Shown: positions 45,111-55,286, counted from the stretch's first letter. The stretch is DNA of 55,941 nucleotides from a virus (IMGVR_UViG_3300021087_000017:1-55941), one strand, 5' to 3'. Notes: generated from the letters alone by a model not told the origin. Program-made: numbers and translations.

Positions 45111-47275
45111 GTCAAAAGTGCCTTCCATGTATTAACTTTATAGTAACCAGTATCCCTATCTTTCCATACTAAATCAGGGAGATACTTCATAACATCCTGT
45201 GCTATAACGCCTTTAACCCTTCTACTTTTTGCACCAAGTCTTTCAGCGATATCGTTCCATTCCCATGTAAATAGGCCAATGCCAGAATCTAATCTCTTTA
45301 CTAATTTTATGTTTTCTTTTAATCTCATATCTGAAAAAAAGCCACCACTAATAAATGCTGATCCTAGTGTACCTATCAAACCACCAACAGCTTGACCAGC
45401 AGCACTATCCCTATTGGCTTCAGCGGTATCCGCTTTTGTTTGTGCAGTTAATTCAGCAATAGCCATTGCATTATTTCTATCTAACTCACTTTCTGCACTA
45501 GTGTGTGCCCACTCAATGACATCATCATAATATTGCCACACATTATTATATGCAGTATTGGATATATCTAACACCGCCTTTGCATTAAGTTCGTTGGCGC
45601 GATTTACCTGTGAAGTAGCAGCAGTGGCAACATTTCTTCGCCATACTGCATTACTTTGATCCACTACCAATTGGTTTCTTGCATTAAACTGATCTCTTTG
45701 ATTAGCCACTTCCTGATTAAATCGGCTAATAGTATTCACTTGCCCTGAATTAAATTGCTGTTGAGCATTAGCCTGTGATGTATTAAACTGGTTAGTCTGC
45801 GTAGCTAGTTGAGAAAAGAATTGGTCTACTTGATTATCACTAGAAGCATTAAACTGTCTTGATGCATTCTCTGCTGCTGTATCAGTAAGAGTAGCCGCTG
45901 CCCTTTGCTGGGCTTTAAACATATCAGTTTGTTGCTGTATAGATGCATTCGTCATATCTACCTGTAGAAAGTTCTGAGCATTCTGTACTGCAGCTTGCTG
46001 CCTATTATTTAAACTACTAACTTCCAACTGAGCAAGTGAAGCAGCCTCTGCCATAACCGTAGCCTGATTATTACTAAGATTACTTAAATTCATCGTGTTC
46101 GCATTACGTGAATTTTCAAGCTGTATCTGTTGATCTGCTGTAAAATTCATGTTGGCAATGTCACCAATTCTAGCAGAGTTCTGGACACGAGATTGAAAGG
46201 CTTGATCAAACTCTTGCCCCATAAAAACTGCCCGCTGTTGAGCAGATAGCATAGCCCGCTGTTGTCTATTAGATAAATTCTGACTTTCAAACTGTGCTAC
46301 CGTAGCTGCATCTGCTGCAGCTATAGGAGTGGCTGCTTCTAATGTAGCCTGTATAATAGCCTGTCCAGCCATACTAGAGGCTCCTAAACCTCGTTGAGCC
46401 ATCTTAGCTGTAGCTGCACGTAATGCCCCTGCTGCCCATGCAGGAGGATTAGCAGCATCAAAATCGGCTGTTAATATTCCAAGTTGACCTTGAACAGTTG
46501 CCTTATCACTGGGGGTTGCCGTAGCTGCTTGTATCTGTTCCGTAAAGGCGGCTGCTTTTTCAGCATCTGCTACGCCGCTTATAAGTTCACCGTCTTGAAT
46601 ATCTCTTTGTATTTCATTCTGAGTAACAGTAGCTGTACCTTGAGCAGCTTGTATATCAGATACTGCTGTAGTATCCTGTTCTTGCCCTGTTATTCCTACC
46701 TGCTGCCCTACCTGTGCAGCGTCGAAGGGCTGTATAGCGCCCTCAATACCTGCTGCCGCTGTTTGAGCCGTTGTTTTAGCAGCCTCAAATTGGGGTGCCA
46801 TACCAGCCTGTGATGTCTGAGCTAATACTGCTCCTGCCGCTCTATCCCCCACTACCTGACCAGAAGCCGGATCAACAAATTGTCCTTCCTGTAATTGTGT
46901 ACCTACAGGAGTTACCGTTCCTCCAAAGGGAGTAGAAGGCTGGAAGATACGCCGTGTACTTTCATCCTGAATTGATCTACCTGCGGCTGTCTGTGGAGGT
47001 AGATACTGTGGAGTACCTACTCCTGTTACCTGTGGTGCTGCTAGCCCACCTGTCTGATAATTCTTTCTTGTCTTAACCATGCCACCCTTAGCCATCTGCA
47101 TAGCTTGAGTTTTATAATGTTTCATTAACTGATCAGCTTCAGGATTATTCCGTAAAAATTCTCCATACTCTTTTATCGCTGCTGGTGATCCATCTATAGA
47201 ACCAGTATATCCTACAGACTTAGCTAATCTTTTACTTGCTTCATCCGTAAACCTTAATGTTTTTTTCTTTGGCAT
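45107..47275 (-). CDS. Gln/Asn/Ala-rich internal virion protein with C-terminal peptidase-S74-like chaperone domain
   Basis: QFN-type repeats; C-terminal FSDMRLKENI...GVIAQDV...YYKVN. Confidence 0.7.
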   Translation of the reverse strand: MPKKKTLRFTDEASKRLAKSVGYTGSIDGSPAAIKEYGEFLRNNPEADQLMKHYKTQAMQMAKGGMVKTRKNYQTGGLAAPQVTGVGTPQYLPPQTAAGRSIQDESTRRIFQPSTPFGGTVTPVGTQLQEGQFVDPASGQVVGDRAAGAVLAQTSQAGMAPQFEAAKTTAQTAAAGIEGAIQPFDAAQVGQQVGITGQEQDTTAVSDIQAAQGTATVTQNEIQRDIQDGELISGVADAEKAAAFTEQIQAATATPSDKATVQGQLGILTADFDAANPPAWAAGALRAATAKMAQRGLGASSMAGQAIIQATLEAATPIAAADAATVAQFESQNLSNRQQRAMLSAQQRAVFMGQEFDQAFQSRVQNSARIGDIANMNFTADQQIQLENSRNANTMNLSNLSNNQATVMAEAASLAQLEVSSLNNRQQAAVQNAQNFLQVDMTNASIQQQTDMFKAQQRAAATLTDTAAENASRQFNASSDNQVDQFFSQLATQTNQFNTSQANAQQQFNSGQVNTISRFNQEVANQRDQFNARNQLVVDQSNAVWRRNVATAATSQVNRANELNAKAVLDISNTAYNNVWQYYDDVIEWAHTSAESELDRNNAMAIAELTAQTKADTAEANRDSAAGQAVGGLIGTLGSAFISGGFFSDMRLKENIKLVKRLDSGIGLFTWEWNDIAERLGAKSRRVKGVIAQDVMKYLPDLVWKDRDTGYYKVNTWKALLT

Positions 47276-47517
47276 TATTCACCTGCTCCTTTAGTACTTA
47301 ACATTAAGTCAAGCTTATCTTCTAAACGTCTTAATGAGGTCATTATCCTATCTTGAGCATCGCGCATATCTTCTTTGGTAGTATACTCTTCTCGTGTTCT
47401 GGCTACTAGAATATCTATTCTTTTAACTTCCTGTTGTATTGCACGAAAAGCAAATAGTGCTGGGGCAATAACAAGAGTTAATAAAACGTTCCAAAAAAGC
47501 ATTGCGGTTATTTCCAT
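47275..47517 (-). CDS. N-terminal TM plus coiled-coil protein
   Basis: Hydrophobic N-terminus followed by TREEY...LRRLEDKLD. Confidence 0.65.
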   Translation of the reverse strand: MEITAMLFWNVLLTLVIAPALFAFRAIQQEVKRIDILVARTREEYTTKEDMRDAQDRIMTSLRRLEDKLDLMLSTKGAGE

Positions 47518-47560
47518 GATATAAATAATTTCCTATTACTAAAAATCTAAAACACTATTA

Positions 47561-47800
47561 TTAATTAAACGTAATAACATTTTCTATAAATTTATATTCT
47601 GAAAACGTACTAGAAAAATCAACTCTGTGTATCCGTGCTTCTATGTTTTTACGCCAGAACTTAATAAATTTAGTTAGCTTAGGATACTCTGGCATTACAT
47701 CGTATTGTTGAAATACAAACTCCTGAAGAATGCTATCATAATCAGGAAGGTAGTAAATCACTTTGACAGTAGTAAGGTCATTTCTTATTAAATAGCTCAA
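47561..47800 (-). CDS. usg: Usg-family protein
   Basis: LTTVKVIYYLPDYDSILQEFVFQQYDVMPEYPKLTKFIKFWRKNIEARIHRV matches the alphaproteobacterial Usg pattern; exact start uncertain. Confidence 0.75.
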   Translation of the reverse strand: MSYLIRNDLTTVKVIYYLPDYDSILQEFVFQQYDVMPEYPKLTKFIKFWRKNIEARIHRVDFSSTFSEYKFIENVITFN

Positions 47801-47927
47801 AGAGTACCTGCACTTTATCCTCTAGTACTTTTACACGCACTAGTATCTCTGCCCTGAAGGCTACTCCTACCGCTGCAACAGCGATTACCCCAGAGAGAAT
47901 CGGCCATATATCTACTACTTGCTCCAT
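47778..47927 (-). CDS. Small TM plus coiled-coil peptide (49 aa, not in ORF track)
   Basis: MEQVVDIWPILSGVIAVAAVGVAFRAEILVRVKVLEDKVQVLFELFNKK; TAATG-coupled. Confidence 0.65.
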   Translation of the reverse strand: MEQVVDIWPILSGVIAVAAVGVAFRAEILVRVKVLEDKVQVLFELFNKK

Positions 47928-48223
47928 TATGATTTTGGATTAGCGTCTTTAACTGCTTTTAATTTAGCAGCCATCTCATCGGAGAAGACACCTTTATGAT
48001 ATAAATCATCTAACTGGTCGCCTATTGATGGGTATGTCCTGCGTCTAATCTCATCATATGGGTGAGCAGATCGGCTGGCAGCAATAATTGCAATCTTAGT
48101 TTCAAGACCATCAATACCGGCACTAGCAACTACGTTTGTGACCCAATTATCTATAGTGTCTTCACGCATCTCTCGACCAAGAATTTCTCTTTGTTCGTCA
48201 GTTAAATCTTCTGGATATGCCAT
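47927..48223 (-). CDS. Tail fibre assembly/chaperone-like protein
   Basis: Y...RR..YPSIGDQLDDLYH...VKDANPK motif following a fibre gene. Confidence 0.65.
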   Translation of the reverse strand: MAYPEDLTDEQREILGREMREDTIDNWVTNVVASAGIDGLETKIAIIAASRSAHPYDEIRRRTYPSIGDQLDDLYHKGVFSDEMAAKLKAVKDANPKS

Positions 48224-48235
48224 CTATACTCTCCT

Positions 48236-49237
48236 TTAACCCACCAAAAACCCAGTCATCCAAGTTGTTGGGTATGCTGCCCCGAAAACGTCTATAACTT
48301 TTGAACCGTTACTCACTTGAAGTTGCATAACAACTTCAGCAGCGGCAGCTAGTTTAATTGTTGCCGCTAGAGGTAAATATAGATTATTGCCGGCATTAAA
48401 AACATTTCCTGCATCTAGATTATATTGATACCAGTTATCTGTTCCATCAAAGAAGAAAGCATCTAATATAGTATGGTCTGTTGCTACTTGCAGCATCGCA
48501 ATTCCACCTTGAAAGCAATAAGTTCCTGCAACAGGCGCAACAAACTTATTATTCGCAAGATCAAAATCGCTATTAACATCCCATTCAGCAGCGTCAAGCG
48601 CAATTGTGTACCGTGTGCCATCTCCCGTAACATTGGCTACGTTTGCACTTACCCTGACGCCAAAGGAACACGATAATGGTTTACGAACATGCCCAGCAGC
48701 GTCAAATGCCATATGAGTTGTAGTGCCTAAAGCTGATCCTAGACCAAGTACAAGTTCATCAGCAGTATCATCTAAGCCGATATGAAAATCTTGGGCATTA
48801 CCATCAAATACAATCTTAGCATCCTCTGCACCAGCATCGCCAATCGTCAGTGTCGGCGTGGTGCCGGAAATAAGCGCACTATTTGTAACAGTTAGCGTAC
48901 CCGGTGTAGTGAGATTGCCGCTAAGTTTAGCTGACGTAATAGTAGCATCTGAAGGCGTACCAATCTGAAGCTGTTCACCCATCGCTACGCCAAAGAAGTT
49001 ATCACCAGCAGTAGGAGCAGTCGTAAAGGTAATGTTTGTACCGCTTACCGTGTAATCAGTTGTGGGTTCTTGAATAACACCATTGATGCTAATGATCAGA
49101 GCTTCTGGACGAACAGGCGTAATCGCAATGCCGTTACTGGCTATAGCATGAGTAGCATCGCTACCATCAAAGTCTCCTGAAAAGTCATCCAGCTTACTAT
49201 AGTTTCCGTGCTGGGGTGATTTACCTAAATATGGCAT
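48236..49237 (-). CDS. Tail fibre / receptor-binding protein with C1q-like tip
   Basis: MPYLGKSP start, INGVIQEP..DYTVSG...FTTAP module, FVAPVAGTYCF and terminal GFLVG. Confidence 0.72.
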   Translation of the reverse strand: MPYLGKSPQHGNYSKLDDFSGDFDGSDATHAIASNGIAITPVRPEALIISINGVIQEPTTDYTVSGTNITFTTAPTAGDNFFGVAMGEQLQIGTPSDATITSAKLSGNLTTPGTLTVTNSALISGTTPTLTIGDAGAEDAKIVFDGNAQDFHIGLDDTADELVLGLGSALGTTTHMAFDAAGHVRKPLSCSFGVRVSANVANVTGDGTRYTIALDAAEWDVNSDFDLANNKFVAPVAGTYCFQGGIAMLQVATDHTILDAFFFDGTDNWYQYNLDAGNVFNAGNNLYLPLAATIKLAAAAEVVMQLQVSNGSKVIDVFGAAYPTTWMTGFLVG

Positions 49238-49251
49238 ATATTATTTCCTTC

Positions 49252-49521
49252 TTAATCTCTAGCACTTGCTTCGGCAATCCGAAAATCAGACATCTTTTTG
49301 ATTATCTCGTCTGTCCAAACTGCATCAGCAACAACCTTCACATCGTCTGGTTCATTGCTATAATCATCGCCAGCATGAATAACCTTACGGTGAATATTAT
49401 CTTTTGCTTTTATTTCGCCAGTTACATCATCAATAATCTGGTTGTCTGTCTGTATTTGGATATGTTTGAAATCAGACACAACTTCTACTTTTGTAACAAC
49501 TGTTCTTTCAACTAATGCCAT
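49252..49521 (-). CDS. Small fibre-associated protein
   Basis: KVEVV..KHIQI...HRKVI...AVWT; follows a fibre gene. Confidence 0.6.
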   Translation of the reverse strand: MALVERTVVTKVEVVSDFKHIQIQTDNQIIDDVTGEIKAKDNIHRKVIHAGDDYSNEPDDVKVVADAVWTDEIIKKMSDFRIAEASARD

Positions 49522-49533
49522 TGTTTTTTTCCT

Positions 49534-50211
49534 TTAAGATTCTGACCTATAAGTAATAGAGCCATAGATCAGACTTGTGTCTGTCCAATCGCTATCTACT
49601 AAACCGCTTGTTGCTGTAGCATCTGGATCAAGATTTAGCATCACTATGTTGGTGCCATTCTTCTCAGCGTAGCCGCCGGGATAATGATCAGCAGAAAAAT
49701 TTCCACGGTAATTTGTTACAAGTGACGATCCGTATGCAGCATTAGATACATTAGAGACAGTGAAGGGCAATCCTGTTATATTGCAAGCGCCGGTGGAACT
49801 GCCATTGTCGCTTGTTCGTAGATAGAAATTGCAGTGAACCATCTTACCAATTTTAACGTAAGCACCAAGGGCACTCATATAGCTTATACCTACTGCATTG
49901 CCGCCGAATGATAGAGCGGGCGTCCATGTGCCTTCCTCATAGTCAGCTAACAGATTTGCAGCGGTAGCAGACGTTACACCTAGATAGATGCCTTTATCGG
50001 CAGTGCCGAAGAAGATGTTTCCACCAGTAATCTCAATATCACTCTGACCTGTAGCTACTTCTAAGACAGCGGTGTCGTCGTCCCGCTTGATTGTTATGTC
50101 GTTTGTGCTGCCTTGTCCGGTTAAAATAAGACCCTCTGCTGCGGTGTATCCAATGTTAGCGTCATCACCAGCAGCGGTATCAGACCGGTAAGTTACTTTT
50201 GTTACTGCCAT
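49534..50211 (-). CDS. Tail fibre-like protein
   Basis: DYEEGTWTP...GAYVKIGKMV...ITGLPF head module. Confidence 0.7.
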   Translation of the reverse strand: MAVTKVTYRSDTAAGDDANIGYTAAEGLILTGQGSTNDITIKRDDDTAVLEVATGQSDIEITGGNIFFGTADKGIYLGVTSATAANLLADYEEGTWTPALSFGGNAVGISYMSALGAYVKIGKMVHCNFYLRTSDNGSSTGACNITGLPFTVSNVSNAAYGSSLVTNYRGNFSADHYPGGYAEKNGTNIVMLNLDPDATATSGLVDSDWTDTSLIYGSITYRSES

Positions 50212-50227
50212 TTAATGATCCTCTTTG

Positions 50228-50983
50228 TTAAGACTTACATAATCCGTATCTGTGAATTGTTCCAGAAGCTATATTCCCCGAACCAAAATAAAATTGAATT
50301 GCATCCATATCTGCTGCTGCGTTGTAGATGCCAACCAGTTCCGTACTAGTTAAAGCATCGCCAGTAGTAAAACCAAAAACATGCCCCTGAACCATTGGTT
50401 TTCGGGCAGAATCACCGGGAGAAAATAGATATATTGTCCCAGATAAGCCCTCTGATGATTGATTGCCAATTGTTGTAAAGCTAGAAAAAATTGTGGATTG
50501 GCCTGTTTCATCTAAATGTCCTTCAGTTCCCATCCGCTGACGTAAGATGCTGTAGCTGGAACTTGAGATAAAGGAAGAGCCGTTATCAGTAGAAATGCGA
50601 ATATTGAAGTTTTGTCCATCAGTTGCTGGAATAATATTTTCAAGTGTAAACATATAACGATCATAAGTAGTATCAATATCGTCAAATTCCAGAGTGGCTG
50701 AACTTGAAGCCGTAGCTGATTCCAAATATATCCAACCAAAACCAGTAGCTGTACCGGAATTTGCTATGGTTGCACCTGAAGCAATGGCTACGGTACTACC
50801 TGATTTAGCTGTAAAGGTATTAGCAGTAAACTGAAAGTCGTCAGCACCAGCTATGGAAATATCAATAGTATCATCTGTATCCGCTGTTATATGCGTATCC
50901 GCATCAGCATCTAAGATTAGAGATTGACCATTCAAATCTGCGCCAGCAAGACCAGATGAAGGTGAAGTTCCAATATAAGGCAT
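50228..50983 (-). CDS. Tail fibre-like protein
   Basis: MPYIG start, LILDADADTHI shaft and IASGTIHRYG terminal module. Confidence 0.7.
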   Translation of the reverse strand: MPYIGTSPSSGLAGADLNGQSLILDADADTHITADTDDTIDISIAGADDFQFTANTFTAKSGSTVAIASGATIANSGTATGFGWIYLESATASSSATLEFDDIDTTYDRYMFTLENIIPATDGQNFNIRISTDNGSSFISSSSYSILRQRMGTEGHLDETGQSTIFSSFTTIGNQSSEGLSGTIYLFSPGDSARKPMVQGHVFGFTTGDALTSTELVGIYNAAADMDAIQFYFGSGNIASGTIHRYGLCKS

Positions 50984-51330
50984 TAAGTTATCTCCATAAT
51001 TGACAGAATCACATCTGTTGCACCAGTACCTGTGACAGATAGTGTATCCGTAGTCTCCATAACGACCTTATTTCCTGACAGCAATTCTAATGAACTATTA
51101 CCGGGAATAGGTGTAGTAGTTAGTAATTCAACATCTTGGTTAGATTCATTATTAGCACCCGCTCTATTACTTGTATCTGTCCCTAAAGTAACCGTAGCAT
51201 TAATAGAAGCACTGGTTGTGTTACCTAATATTAAACCTAATACAACTGTAGTAGTGCTACCGGCAACAGTGTATATTACATCTGCGGATGTCACTCCCGC
51301 CTTAGTTACAACTTTAAATGTGTTAGCCAT
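50983..51330 (-). CDS. Fibre connector/adaptor protein
   Basis: MANTFK...KVVMETTD...SIMEIT; follows the fibre ending LAIALG; resembles 54923..55264. Confidence 0.6.
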   Translation of the reverse strand: MANTFKVVTKAGVTSADVIYTVAGSTTTVVLGLILGNTTSASINATVTLGTDTSNRAGANNESNQDVELLTTTPIPGNSSLELLSGNKVVMETTDTLSVTGTGATDVILSIMEIT

Positions 51331-51347
51331 GTTGTCCTTCCTTTATA

Positions 51348-53408
51348 TCAGCCCAAAGCAATTGCTAAAGCAGTGGCATCTCCACTAGTGTATGTAACAA
51401 TATCAGAAGCAGGAATTTGCTTTGTAGTAGTTCCATCAATTACAATAAAAGCATCAGCATCTGCTAGTGTAATTGAAGATGTAGACTTAGCAGAACCATC
51501 TAGTATATTTAATTCATCCGTTGTAACATTAGCACCATCAAGTATTTCTAGTTCCGCCTCTAGTATAGCAGCAGAACCAATCGTAATTCCTCCAGCAGTA
51601 ATAACTCCTGTAGTTGTAATAGTAGATGACCCAGTATCAATAGTACCAAAGCCAGAAGTTATGGAACCACTATTCAGTGCTCCTACGGTAGTTGCTGCCG
51701 TGGTTACTAGATTTGGCATTGCTGTAATTTCATCATCAAAGTACGCAGCTAGATCAGTAACAGCCACTTGTTTCATTGTACCTGCGTCATTAAATACAAC
51801 CCTATCTGCATCAGCAACCGTAGTGGCTGAAGCAGAAGTATCACCATCTATAATATTAAATTCAGTAGTAGTAACCGTAGCACCGTCCAGTATCTCTAGT
51901 TCTGTTTCAGAGATACCTGCACTACCGATTGTCACAGTTCCTGCAAAGGTTACATTAGCACCACTCATTGTCATAGCAGTAGTTGCAGAAGAACCGGACT
52001 TAATTAAAAGTTCACCACCAGATTGAGATAAAGCACCAAAGACAGTTCCATTATCCTTTAGAGTAACATCTGCTCCATTAGCATCCAGAATAATATCGTC
52101 TTCAGCATCTATAATAACATCTCCACCAGATGTCACAGTTAAATTTGTATCGTCGCCTTCAATCTTTTCCCCTGAACCAAACGTAATACCAACATCTGTA
52201 GGTACTACAATATCAGTAGTAGCTGTAAGATTGATAGCACCACCAGATGTTACTGTAAGATCAGTACTGTCACCCTCAATTTTCTCACCAGTACCGAAGG
52301 TTACTCCTACATTAGCTGGAACAACAATGTCAGTAGTAGCCGTAAGGTTAATGGCACCACCAGAGGTTACGGTAAGATCAGTACTATCTCCTTCGATCTT
52401 TTCGCCAGTACCAAAAGTAATACCTACATCAGCGGGAATAACCACATCAGCAGTAGCAGTAAGATTAATATTGTTACCTGAAATAGTAAGGTCAGTACCA
52501 TTACCCTCAATCTTCTCACCGTCATTTCCGAAAGTAACCCCGATATCCGCTGGGATGTTAATGTCGCCACCACCCCCAACTGTGATTGAAAGGTCTGTGC
52601 CATCAGATTCGATTTTCTCTGTTGTAGCAAAAGTGATACCCACTCCACTAGGAATATTAACATCGGCAACAGCAGTGAGATTGATATTATTTCCCGAAAT
52701 TGTAAGATCAGTTCCATCGCCCTCAATCTTTTCTCCGTCATTACCAAATGTAATACCAACATCCGCTGGAATATTAACATCACTTGTTGCTGTAAGATTA
52801 ATGTCAGCACCAGATGTTACGGTTAAGTCTGTGCTATTACCTTCAATCTTCTCTCCTGTACCGAAAGTAATACCTACATCTGCAGGTACCACAATATCGG
52901 CTGTAGCAGTAAGTTTAATGTTGTTGCCGCTAATTGTTAGATCAGTGCCATCCCCTTCGATCTTCTCACCATCATTACCAAAAGTAAGCCCAATATCTGC
53001 TGGAATATTAATGTCCGCACCAGATACTAGATATAAATCTGTACCGTCACCGTAAATATATTCACCACCTTCGTCATACAGATATAATCTTTTTGAACTG
53101 TCTAGTACTACATCATCGCTAAACTTAAAGTGGTCTTCATCTTCCATCCATGTAAGCAGACCATCACTGGTTTCTCCATCGAAGGTTACAGCAATATCAG
53201 TACCAGAAGTACCATCACCAATAGTGATTGCAGTACCCAATAGTTTGGTAACATTGCCGCCTTCTGCTGCAGTACCATCATGTGAATGACCCGTAGATGC
53301 AGCAAATGCAGAAAGAAGTTGTGCAAACTCGTTATTAAAATCCGCAGCATTAATTACTTCGCCAGTTACAATTTCTGTACTGCTTTGTCTTGTATAGGTT
53401 GCCCCCAT
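51348..53408 (-). CDS. Proximal tail fibre with nine 32-40-aa repeats
   Basis: N-terminal anchor YTRQS...NNEF...GHSHDG; GEKIEGDxTDLT repeats; ends ATALAIALG. Confidence 0.8.
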   Translation of the reverse strand: MGATYTRQSSTEIVTGEVINAADFNNEFAQLLSAFAASTGHSHDGTAAEGGNVTKLLGTAITIGDGTSGTDIAVTFDGETSDGLLTWMEDEDHFKFSDDVVLDSSKRLYLYDEGGEYIYGDGTDLYLVSGADINIPADIGLTFGNDGEKIEGDGTDLTISGNNIKLTATADIVVPADVGITFGTGEKIEGNSTDLTVTSGADINLTATSDVNIPADVGITFGNDGEKIEGDGTDLTISGNNINLTAVADVNIPSGVGITFATTEKIESDGTDLSITVGGGGDINIPADIGVTFGNDGEKIEGNGTDLTISGNNINLTATADVVIPADVGITFGTGEKIEGDSTDLTVTSGGAINLTATTDIVVPANVGVTFGTGEKIEGDSTDLTVTSGGAINLTATTDIVVPTDVGITFGSGEKIEGDDTNLTVTSGGDVIIDAEDDIILDANGADVTLKDNGTVFGALSQSGGELLIKSGSSATTAMTMSGANVTFAGTVTIGSAGISETELEILDGATVTTTEFNIIDGDTSASATTVADADRVVFNDAGTMKQVAVTDLAAYFDDEITAMPNLVTTAATTVGALNSGSITSGFGTIDTGSSTITTTGVITAGGITIGSAAILEAELEILDGANVTTDELNILDGSAKSTSSITLADADAFIVIDGTTTKQIPASDIVTYTSGDATALAIALG

Positions 53409-54913
53409 TAGCGTCTTCCTCCAACTGTAAATTCTAACTGATATGAATGTATGGTAAATGGATTATCTGAACTATCGTGATTAACTCTTACAGCAACAAG
53501 AAAACCTGATCCTTCAATTGCTCGTCTAAAAATAGGTGCTCCACTTGAATCATACACAGCATTTCCGTATGTAGAAGAAGAACTACCAAATATAGCTATA
53601 CCACCGGGAGAAGAGATATCAAAAAATGTAGGCTGTGGAACATCCCTAGAATCAGAATCATATCTTACTCTTAACTGTGCCGATACTGTTCCTTCTACTT
53701 CATAATTTAAAATTACTCTTTGCATTAACTTACGAATACCTGTATCTCCAAGAGATAGATCAGGTGATCTATAAACCGCTACAACATTATCTCCATCAAA
53801 CGTATCCCCACTTTCCTGCCTTCTAACATAACCATCATAGCCACCCTCAATAATATATTCTGTATTACCGATAAACCCAGAATCAGAAGCAGAAGGTTTT
53901 AGTCCTTTAATATCAGCAAACTCATAACCAACTCCTTGAGCAGTACGTTTAAGGGTAGCTAAAATTCCCCTACTATCTGCAGCAGCAGCAGTTGTTGTAG
54001 GATAAAATAATCTATACTGACTTTTATTTCTTACAATAACAGAAGAAATATTATCAAAGCCTATGTCTTGTATTCGTTTTTGTATAGGCTTAGATACTGA
54101 ACCTAATTCTATATCACCAATTCTAGCTGTAGCTGCAATAGTTCTTAATCCATCGGGTGATAAAAATAACAAATCACCACCAATTTCTTGAACTGAAAAT
54201 CCGTCTGCACAACCTAGTGTACGAGTTACAGGTGCTACTTGCCAGTCTGCTATACTTGTTCCTTGTAATTGATAAATTTTATCTTTACCAAAAATAAACA
54301 AAGCCTCACGAAAAACTTTTAATGCTACAATATTAGTATCTACTTTAATAGAACCTGCACCATTAGCTGCTGTAAAATCTGCTTCATTAAAAGGTGCAGA
54401 GAATACTATTTCTTGTGGATTTGTAGACATCCCTGCAAAGAAAGCATGATCTCTAAATATTTGTACAGAGGCAGGATCAGAAGGAGCGCCTGTAGCATTT
54501 AAAAGAGTATACGTCGATCCATCATAAGTAGCTGCATTATTAACATCATCAACCATAATAATTTTTAAGGCATTAGAAAAATTAAAATCATCAAACTTAT
54601 AACGACCAGCAGAAGTTCGTGTAGCTATCGAAGAACCCCAGCCTGTACCAGTACTAAATTTTAATACATTTCCTGCTGCTGCCAATACACCACTATTAAA
54701 AATCTTGACACCAAGTATTTTATTACTACTATCTACTTGGGCACTATCAAACTTAGCAGAACCCGTAAGCCTTCTATACCCACCCTGAATACTTGGCTCA
54801 AAGTTTTGTAACTCTGTAGCCGCTCCCGGTGGCAGTGAGAAATCATCTTTATCAAGAATTAAACCACCACCTAAAGAAACTGTTACAGGAGATATTGCTG
54901 AAGTATCTGGCAT
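53408..54913 (-). CDS. Tail tubular protein B / nozzle (T7 gp12-like)
   Basis: NFEPSIQGGYRR, beta-propeller-like composition and QEIGGDLLFLSPDGLR; position. Confidence 0.8.
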   Translation of the reverse strand: MPDTSAISPVTVSLGGGLILDKDDFSLPPGAATELQNFEPSIQGGYRRLTGSAKFDSAQVDSSNKILGVKIFNSGVLAAAGNVLKFSTGTGWGSSIATRTSAGRYKFDDFNFSNALKIIMVDDVNNAATYDGSTYTLLNATGAPSDPASVQIFRDHAFFAGMSTNPQEIVFSAPFNEADFTAANGAGSIKVDTNIVALKVFREALFIFGKDKIYQLQGTSIADWQVAPVTRTLGCADGFSVQEIGGDLLFLSPDGLRTIAATARIGDIELGSVSKPIQKRIQDIGFDNISSVIVRNKSQYRLFYPTTTAAAADSRGILATLKRTAQGVGYEFADIKGLKPSASDSGFIGNTEYIIEGGYDGYVRRQESGDTFDGDNVVAVYRSPDLSLGDTGIRKLMQRVILNYEVEGTVSAQLRVRYDSDSRDVPQPTFFDISSPGGIAIFGSSSSTYGNAVYDSSGAPIFRRAIEGSGFLVAVRVNHDSSDNPFTIHSYQLEFTVGGRR

Positions 54914-54922
54914 TTATTATTC

Positions 54923-55264
54923 TTATCCTGCTGGTCTAATTTGTTCTTCAATAAAGATAGAAACAGTTAAGTCATTTGCTGCAGAAGCTTGCGCTTTAAA
55001 TATATCGCCTGTTTCTAAGAATATATTAGCATCATTTATACGAAGATAATTATCTGCTGCTACACTAAATGTACTAACTAAATCGAAAGTAGCACTAGCA
55101 GAAGTATCAGTCCATTTAAGTGTTATATCTGCAGCACTTGAACCATCAATATTAGTAACCCATACTTCTTTTATAGTAGCTGAAAAATTAGCAGGGCAAG
55201 TATACACCGTTGTTAAGCCAGTGCTAGACAAAGCTGAAGCAGCATTTATAATTCTTACAGCCAT
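54923..55264 (-). CDS. Small virion protein of the fibre-connector type
   Basis: TTVYTCP...VTNIDG...LETGD; similar pattern to 50983..51330. Confidence 0.6.
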   Translation of the reverse strand: MAVRIINAASALSSTGLTTVYTCPANFSATIKEVWVTNIDGSSAADITLKWTDTSASATFDLVSTFSVAADNYLRINDANIFLETGDIFKAQASAANDLTVSIFIEEQIRPAG

Positions 55265-55286
55265 GTGCTAGCCCCTTTTATTAAAG

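Noticed and set aside
51373-53055. Long + strand ORFs 51373..52026 and 52231..53055
   Set aside because: Antisense shadows of the repetitive tail fibre, with no RBS and no independent protein features.
47927-53408. Diversity-generating retroelement acting on fibres
   Set aside because: No reverse transcriptase, and no template/variable repeat pair with adenine-specific differences was seen.
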